From positions 1 to 64,000 of the IMG/VR virus record IMGVR_UViG_3300037189_026207: a stretch of 64,000 nucleotides of DNA. One strand, written 5' to 3'. Both the position numbers and the translations under genes were made by a program. Numbering within the stretch: the stretch's first letter is position 1; the number at the start of each line of letters is the position of its first letter. Below, piece after piece: positions 57,688 to 64,000 of the stretch. This DNA comes from a virus. The notes under the pieces were generated by a model, which was given only the letters and a program-made list of their open reading frames with translations, was not told the DNA's origin and did not search any database.

Positions 57688-59073
57688 ATGCCTCGTTACG
57701 CTAGTCAGAATTTAGCATCTTTTGGCACTCAATCTTCCAATAATAGTGGTGATGGAAAACGACGTTTATTTTGCTACGGAAAGCAACGCAATGTTATTAC
57801 TGTCGGTGGGCGTAAAATGTTGGATGACGGCCTTTGCCTTCGCCTACTGCCGACGTATGAAGTTGATGATCGCGGTAGTCGACTGACCAATGCGCAAGGT
57901 CAACCGGTACTTACGCCGTTCAAGCGGGCCGATGGCTCGTTTGGCGACTGGTGCCGCACGTATGAGTGCGTGTCTTGGTTTGGTCAGCCCGGCTTGCACT
58001 TTGTTGTGCACGACGGCAATCCGTCCCTGAATCGATATGACAGCCCGGTATGGATTCTGTATCAAGCTGCGTACAAGAATAAGGAAACGCCGGGTATTGG
58101 CGCTCTGTTCTGCGATTTGCTAAATCGTCAGGCTGGTTTTCAGCAGCAGACTCATGTCGGTTCGCTGAAGCGGCCTGAGCAGATTCTGTTTGTTAGCGCG
58201 TCGCAGGTTCATACCCGCTCCGACAAGTCGATCGGTCTTGGCGCATATGATCTGGCGGACCAAAAAGAGGGCAACGCCCGCATTTTTGGTTTTAAGAAGA
58301 CCGCTGCTGAAAGCCTGCTGAATGCCCTACAGGTTCAGTCCGACAACGGCGCTCAACTGTGCGGCGATATGCTGGCTGATCCGGCTAAGTTAATTACTGT
58401 GATTTCTAAGTCGTACGGCGCAGCACTTCACCCGAAGCCGCCCCGCCCGCACGGCATCTCGATTGAAGGGCCTGAGTACGTAACGGTTCCGTATTACGCG
58501 CTCTCGCCACAAAATCCCAATGAAGTTGTGATTCTTGGAAAGGTGCAGGCAAAGCCCGACGCCAAGCTCCCGCCGGAGCAGCATTCGGTTATTTTGCACG
58601 ATACCTACAATGGCCAGCGCGTAACCCTCGAGAACTACAGCCGGCAGCTTGTGACCGAGAACATGACGTTTGATGAGGCTATGTATATTATGACGTATGA
58701 AGAGCAGGCTGAATTAATGGTCGGCTCTTTCCCTCGTGAAGCTTTAGATTTTGCTTGGCGTGAACATCCGGAGTACCTGCGGTTCCTTCGGGGCCGCGGC
58801 GCTACTACGGTTGAAATGCCGCAGACCACGTTCCAGCAACCTGCTCCGGTGTCGGCTCCTAGGCCGGCTCCTGCCGCTAGTCAGCCCCAGTGGCCGACAA
58901 ATACGGCACCGCAGTTGACGGACGAAATTGATCCCGATGCTGCGGCTGCTTACTCGCAGCTGCAGGCGGCTATGGGGCAGGCGCAAGCAACCGCTGCCCC
59001 GCAGAATAACGTGGCTGATGTCGTAGCGCAGGCTCGCGCTAAGGCTCAGAAGCAGGTCGGCGCTAAGAGCTGA
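57688..59073 (+). CDS. Putative ssDNA-binding protein (gp32-like position)
   Basis: LRLLP motif, low-complexity tail, sits between pol and recA; GGAG RBS. Confidence 0.5.
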   Translation: MPRYASQNLASFGTQSSNNSGDGKRRLFCYGKQRNVITVGGRKMLDDGLCLRLLPTYEVDDRGSRLTNAQGQPVLTPFKRADGSFGDWCRTYECVSWFGQPGLHFVVHDGNPSLNRYDSPVWILYQAAYKNKETPGIGALFCDLLNRQAGFQQQTHVGSLKRPEQILFVSASQVHTRSDKSIGLGAYDLADQKEGNARIFGFKKTAAESLLNALQVQSDNGAQLCGDMLADPAKLITVISKSYGAALHPKPPRPHGISIEGPEYVTVPYYALSPQNPNEVVILGKVQAKPDAKLPPEQHSVILHDTYNGQRVTLENYSRQLVTENMTFDEAMYIMTYEEQAELMVGSFPREALDFAWREHPEYLRFLRGRGATTVEMPQTTFQQPAPVSAPRPAPAASQPQWPTNTAPQLTDEIDPDAAAAYSQLQAAMGQAQATAAPQNNVADVVAQARAKAQKQVGAKS

Positions 59074-59096
59074 TTTGTATTTATTCTAATCTTATC

Positions 59097-59140
59097 GGCG
59101 GAAAGGGTGCGCTTTGGAGCCACCCTCTTCGCCCCTTTCT
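59097..59140 (+). terminator. Hairpin/terminator
   Basis: ggcggaaagggtg...caccctcttcgcc then cctttct. Confidence 0.55.
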
Positions 59141-59151
59141 ACGAGGAAACT

Positions 59152-60528
59152 ATGGGACGACGCAAAAAAGAACTTGATACTGATATTGATTTAACCGCCC
59201 GTAACGGCGAGCATCCTGTTATTACTGAAATTTTAAAAGCCGCAGCAGAAGAGCAAGATCCTCTAATTGGTCTGCCTGTGCCAGCGTTGTCGGCGCGGTA
59301 TGTTTTGCAAAGTAATATTTTTCCGTTGTCGCGGTTTACGCAACTCCGCGGCGAGTTTAGTGCCGGTAAGTCTGCTTTATTGATTGAGATCATGCGCTGG
59401 TTTGCCGTATATGGCGGCGGCGGTGTAATGATCGATACAGAAAGCAAAGCCAGCCGGAGCATGATTGACGGCATTTGCGGCCACAACCTTGATTACACCA
59501 AGCGTATCGTGGCGGTTCAGGCTAATACCGTAGAAGAGTGGCAAAAGCGTTACATTAGCCTGTGTCAGTTAATTCACAAGCAATGTGATGAAAATAAGTC
59601 AGGCAACGTGTACCCTATGTGCATCGGCGTCGATTCGATTTCTGCCGTCGAGGTAGAGCGACGCGTCGAAAAGGTTGCAGACGAGGGTCATGCGTCGGCC
59701 GGCCATCCGTATCTAGCCCGCAATTTGTCGGACTTTATGCGGACGGCGCTTATTCCAACGCTACGGCACTATCCAATCGCGTTTATTGCCACGAACCATC
59801 TGAAAGAAGAAATTAATCAGATGGGTTTTGGCGCCCCGAAAAAGTACGCTCCAGGCGGCGCTAGTCTAGATTATTATCCAACGCTGATCTTGGACATGGA
59901 GCGAGTCTCTAGCAAGATGGTTGAGAAGAATCAGCAGGAGGGGCAGCAGGTCCGGATCAAGGCGACCAAGAACAATCTTGGCGCTCCTGGGCGGCGTGTT
60001 GTTGTTAACTTGATGTGGTATAGCCGCGCTATACCGCAAACAAGCCCGGACGGCGAGATTACGGGATATGTAACACAGCAGCATCATTACTGGGATTGGC
60101 ACACCGCCACGACCAGGTTGCTTATTGATGTGCAAGACCCGGACCGAAAGCCACAGCCGGGCCACGACCCTAAGATCGCGGAGATTATGCGACAGGTATG
60201 TGACGTAGAGTACAAGCACGGCACCAAGAACGCAGACGTGCCGCTGGTGTACTCAAACGCGCTTGGAATCAGTAAGCAAGACGCCGTACCCGAAGTCGAG
60301 TTGTCGATGATTTTCGAGGAAAACGAGAAGATTAAGGGACTCGTGCACGGGTTACTGGGAATTAATCAGTACGCGGTATGTGATCCTGCGGTTAAGTATC
60401 GTGAGCAGGTTATGGCTGTTATGCGGGAGAAGCAGACGACTGACATCCCAGAAATGATGGCAGCCGCTTCCGCGATTGAAGATTTTATTCCGAGCGAACT
60501 TGATCCTTTGGGCCAGTTTGCAGAATAA
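59152..60528 (+). CDS. recA: RecA/UvsX-like recombinase
   Basis: GEFSAGKS, IDTE, VDS, TNHL, PGG..L.YY, KN. Confidence 0.88.
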   Translation: MGRRKKELDTDIDLTARNGEHPVITEILKAAAEEQDPLIGLPVPALSARYVLQSNIFPLSRFTQLRGEFSAGKSALLIEIMRWFAVYGGGGVMIDTESKASRSMIDGICGHNLDYTKRIVAVQANTVEEWQKRYISLCQLIHKQCDENKSGNVYPMCIGVDSISAVEVERRVEKVADEGHASAGHPYLARNLSDFMRTALIPTLRHYPIAFIATNHLKEEINQMGFGAPKKYAPGGASLDYYPTLILDMERVSSKMVEKNQQEGQQVRIKATKNNLGAPGRRVVVNLMWYSRAIPQTSPDGEITGYVTQQHHYWDWHTATTRLLIDVQDPDRKPQPGHDPKIAEIMRQVCDVEYKHGTKNADVPLVYSNALGISKQDAVPEVELSMIFEENEKIKGLVHGLLGINQYAVCDPAVKYREQVMAVMREKQTTDIPEMMAAASAIEDFIPSELDPLGQFAE

Positions 60529-61094
60529 TGGAACGAGATGACTTTTTCCGGAATTTGTTTGAGAATAATACGCCGGAGGCTGACGCCATTAGGGCGCAGC
60601 GCCAGCTCGCGTACGAGGAGCGCATTATCAAGCGCATCTTGACGGAGTGTGGCGCTGCGCCCGCCAGCTGGGGCGCGTTAGTGAATACATGCCGCCGAGA
60701 ATCACACGAAGATAAATTAAATTTTGGGTGGTTTAATTCTTTTTATCGCCAATTTCCTGGCCAGCTTTGCGGTAAAAGAATTCCTTTTATGCATCAGATA
60801 ACATTAGTAGATTTATTCAAACCGGTAGGCAAGAACAGAGTCGTAAAAGCCGTTAGTAAAGCGCTGGCCGCCCTTTCAGTTGATCCGGTTTTACAGCCTT
60901 ATGTGTTAGTATTTCCAATTGTAAAAACACAATTCTGCGCGCACACTGTGGCCCGCGTCGCATACGACCCGGTCACGGGAACCAATCGAATGCAGTTTTC
61001 TATTCAATCGCCCGCCGGTGTAAGTTCCCGGCCACTGTTTATTGAACCGCTAAAAACATTTTGTGCAGCGCTTGGTAATCAATGGGCTTTGTGA
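60528..61094 (+). CDS. Hypothetical protein
   Basis: TAATG coupling. Confidence 0.6.
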   Translation: MERDDFFRNLFENNTPEADAIRAQRQLAYEERIIKRILTECGAAPASWGALVNTCRRESHEDKLNFGWFNSFYRQFPGQLCGKRIPFMHQITLVDLFKPVGKNRVVKAVSKALAALSVDPVLQPYVLVFPIVKTQFCAHTVARVAYDPVTGTNRMQFSIQSPAGVSSRPLFIEPLKTFCAALGNQWAL

Positions 61095-62236
61095 TGTCGC
61101 CTAGCCAACCGCCTGTTCAATCTGTATTTGCACAAATTGTCGCGCTATCATTCTCTTCGCGGCAGGAAAATGAGTGCATTAATTTTCTGCAAAAGCGCAG
61201 CGACGCTTCTGCGTTAATTACAATCTCGGACGAAGCCCAACTCCGATTAGCCGCTGACGGTCGTTTAATTGAAACAGGCTACCGGTTTAATTTATTGGGT
61301 TTCTTTTCGGTTTGCCGCGCGATATCTGGCGGGTTAAGTCGCGTTTTTGGCGAAGTATCTGGGCTTACGCCATCTAAGCTATACGCGCTAGAGTCATCAA
61401 GCGTTCCGGCAGCCGTGAGCATTTATAACACGGCGTTACGGGTGCGGTTTGAATTATTAAGAGAACGCAACTTGCTAGTCGATAGCTCTAATCGCTCTGT
61501 CGACGGTTTTTTGGGTTTAAATCACAAACTACTCGATAACGCAATTTTTTTGGAAACTATTTTGACGGCTATGCGAGAGCAACAACCGTCTGCAATTTTT
61601 CAAAGAGCCGAGCTTGTAGGGCGAGAGTTGCGCGTGTATATTCTGGACCAAGACACTCGCCGGTCGGACATATACGCCGATCCCGCGCATACTTATGCCG
61701 CTGGTTGGTATTTTTGTAATCGTGAAGATTCGGGGAACGCTGTTAAAGCTTTGCCTTGTTTGTTTACCAAGTTTGGCGTGGCAATTGACGAGAGCGGTAC
61801 GCGAAAACGAGTGATTCACGCCGGCGCCGATTTGATTGGCCGCGCGACCGACTTAATTCGCTCGACATATTTGAAAAAGATAGATCTGAATGTAGTGCGT
61901 TCTCGCGTGGCGGCATTAAATAGTCAGTCGCTTGGATTTGAGGACGGCGGTTCTGCATTTTCTGAAACCGTTAAAAAATGGACTAACTATCTCGTGCGCT
62001 TCGGCATACCGAGAGAGATGGCCGCGGTGATCGCTAAGAACGCTGGAGTTGTGGGTAAAGACCTTGCGCCGCGAGACCCGCTAGACGTGTTTACGCGAAA
62101 GGTTTTAACGGAACGAACAGCTTATGATTTAGTGTGTTCAACTCTTCGCTACGCAAAAAATTTACCATCTAATCATCGTGAAAAGGTTCAATCGGTTGGT
62201 ATGGCGCTGCTGTTGCCTAAAAACAGCGCTAAATGA
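61094..62236 (+). CDS. DUF932-like protein (diverged)
   Basis: L....K.LDN, G....N.E..G pattern; C.NG motif absent. Confidence 0.5.
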   Translation: MSPSQPPVQSVFAQIVALSFSSRQENECINFLQKRSDASALITISDEAQLRLAADGRLIETGYRFNLLGFFSVCRAISGGLSRVFGEVSGLTPSKLYALESSSVPAAVSIYNTALRVRFELLRERNLLVDSSNRSVDGFLGLNHKLLDNAIFLETILTAMREQQPSAIFQRAELVGRELRVYILDQDTRRSDIYADPAHTYAAGWYFCNREDSGNAVKALPCLFTKFGVAIDESGTRKRVIHAGADLIGRATDLIRSTYLKKIDLNVVRSRVAALNSQSLGFEDGGSAFSETVKKWTNYLVRFGIPREMAAVIAKNAGVVGKDLAPRDPLDVFTRKVLTERTAYDLVCSTLRYAKNLPSNHREKVQSVGMALLLPKNSAK

Positions 62237-62247
62237 AAGGAAGTCAA

Positions 62248-63111
62248 ATGTCTCAAGAAAATGAAATAATTGTAGGTCAGCAGGCTGTAATTTCAGCGGC
62301 ATTTTCTGATATGCATGAGAACCTCCAAAAAGCGATCAGCAACATCGACGAGATGATTACTGACCAGCACGCTGCAAACATCCTAACGCTGTGGCGCGTG
62401 GGCGAGATTATTTACGATTTAGAGGTTTGTCCAGATAAGTACTTGACAGATTCGCAAAAATCTAAACACGTTAACCCACTGGCTTTGCTGGCCGATTTTT
62501 TCCGAAAGACATATAGCGTTGATCAGTTTGATATGGCGCGCGGGTTATATGAAAATTATCCGTCGCAAGAGGCTATCTCTAATCTTGTTAACGCGCGTTG
62601 CCCGGCACGACCCAATTGGCGGTTAACGGCGTCGCACGTGCAGCTTCTACTTTCTATCCCTGACAAGGATCAGCGAGAAGTGGTAGCGGAGCGCTGCGTG
62701 AAAGAGGCGTATACCACGAAGGCTCTTGCGGTTGAGCTGACGGAATTACGCGGCGCAGCAAAGCGGGCGGAGAAGAAGCTCACCGCGCCGAAGGGTTTAA
62801 AGCAGCGCGTATACGACTTGCTTGAACATCAGCGCAAGTTTATCGCTAGGTCGGAGAAGTTGTGGCTGGCAGATGACGGGCTATACGATACCGTCATGAA
62901 TTCTTCGCCTACGCAGTTAAACGATACTATTCGCGGATATTTATCCGAAATTGACGAGAATTTTGAAAAATTACAAGAGGCGGTACAGGACCACCGAAAT
63001 ATGATTCGAAGAGTAAGCGAGATGCTGGAAAAGATCGACGCGGAAGCGGCAGACGCAGATGTTATGCGTGATTCTGCCCTGGCCTCATCCGATTCCATCC
63101 TTACCCGATAG
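62248..63111 (+). CDS. YhcG/DUF1016 N-terminal-like domain protein
   Basis: LWRVGEII...L..SH...LL...D...R; no PD-(D/E)xK domain seen. Confidence 0.55.
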   Translation: MSQENEIIVGQQAVISAAFSDMHENLQKAISNIDEMITDQHAANILTLWRVGEIIYDLEVCPDKYLTDSQKSKHVNPLALLADFFRKTYSVDQFDMARGLYENYPSQEAISNLVNARCPARPNWRLTASHVQLLLSIPDKDQREVVAERCVKEAYTTKALAVELTELRGAAKRAEKKLTAPKGLKQRVYDLLEHQRKFIARSEKLWLADDGLYDTVMNSSPTQLNDTIRGYLSEIDENFEKLQEAVQDHRNMIRRVSEMLEKIDAEAADADVMRDSALASSDSILTR

Positions 63112-63118
63112 GTGCTAA

Positions 63119-63643
63119 ATGTTGTTCTTTAAAGATGTTCCGATTGTTGTGGATCCGGGCGTAGCAGCGCTGGAGGTCGGAATCATAAATGTGGCAAAGC
63201 GCGGTAAACGATTATTTTATGTCGTATTCGAGCGCGTTATTTTAAATTCAGAGACGGCGGATGCTCTTCCATTTGTGGTAACGTCGCAAACACCACACGT
63301 GTTTTCGATGCTACCTGAGCTGGACAAAAGCCCGTTCTTACTGGTCTATGACTTGTTCGGGCGGTTGAGTGTCGTTTATACGCGAGAGGAAGGTACGAAT
63401 GCTTGGGTGCGAAATGATGCCGCGCCAGAGCAAGTTGGTGAAACTATTACGCAGTTTTCAGCGCGTTTTTCTTTTAACACAGTCAAAGAGCGAGATAAGT
63501 TTTTAGCCGCTATGGGGCGTATTTCAAACAATAAGTATTCTCGTAATGACGTAGAAACAATTTCCCGGCTTTTAAATGCGACCTCAGTTGGGCCGATAGT
63601 ATTACCAATTGCCATTGTTCCGCCACAAAAAAGTATTGCTTAG
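63119..63643 (+). CDS. Hypothetical protein
   Basis: 174-aa ORF. Confidence 0.6.
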   Translation: MLFFKDVPIVVDPGVAALEVGIINVAKRGKRLFYVVFERVILNSETADALPFVVTSQTPHVFSMLPELDKSPFLLVYDLFGRLSVVYTREEGTNAWVRNDAAPEQVGETITQFSARFSFNTVKERDKFLAAMGRISNNKYSRNDVETISRLLNATSVGPIVLPIAIVPPQKSIA

Positions 63644-63650
63644 GTAAATA

Positions 63651-64000
63651 ATGACAAAAGTTTGCGTATGCGCGTTGCTTTACGGTAACGACAGCCATTG
63701 TGAAAACTTGGCGCTTCGGCTTTTAAACAAAGAGTTTATTGAGCTGGGGAAATACGCAGACTTGCGCATTGGACTTAACGCAGTTGGAACAGCCACGCGG
63801 CAAATCGTAAGCGGGGTAGTCGAAAAACTTCCGGATACTCTTGTAATAGATTCGCCGGAAAACATACACAAATACCCCATGATGCGGCGCCTATTCGACG
63901 CGCGCCCAATAGGGGCCCCGCTTACGATGTGGTTTGACGATGACTCTTGTATTGTTCCCGAGACTAATATTGACGAGTGGTTAAACCGTATAAGTAAACA
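63651..64000 (+). CDS. GT-A-fold glycosyltransferase-like protein, 3'-truncated
   Basis: Manual translation MTKVCVCALLYG...SPENIHKYPMMRRLF...TMWFDDDS (DxD); open to the window end. Confidence 0.65.
   Translation, partial: MTKVCVCALLYGNDSHCENLALRLLNKEFIELGKYADLRIGLNAVGTATRQIVSGVVEKLPDTLVIDSPENIHKYPMMRRLFDARPIGAPLTMWFDDDSCIVPETNIDEWLNRISK

Overview
A 64 kb segment of a large (probably jumbo) tailed dsDNA phage genome, densely coding and almost all on the + strand. The host is probably a planctomycete (inference). Left to right: (1) Cys-rich/poly-Ser proteins, an Asp-box propeller and an Ig-like protein, probably virion appendages (1-6.1 kb); (2) a mixed block with csrA, tRNA-Thr, a GNAT, and three isolated minus-strand genes, including a GpA-type terminase large subunit, each head-to-head with a + gene; (3) a MoxR/CobS-like AAA+ ATPase with a large vWA partner; (4) many small accessory genes, including the ADP-heptose enzymes HldD and HldE; (5) a non-coding hairpin cluster at about 33.8-34.1 kb; (6) tRNA-Lys and tRNA-Gln flanking a structured 180-nt spacer; (7) a replication/recombination operon (SbcD, SbcC, SF2 helicase, DnaB-like helicase, primase, UDG-PolA fusion, SSB-like, RecA) ending in a truncated glycosyltransferase. 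Two candidate systems stand out. The first is an IS110/Nop-like protein plus a stand-alone Cas7/RAMP-like protein inside the replication operon, with no CRISPR array. The second is a phage ADP-heptose/glycosyltransferase pathway that could modify the poly-Ser virion proteins. All family calls come from motif recognition by eye; no database search was run.
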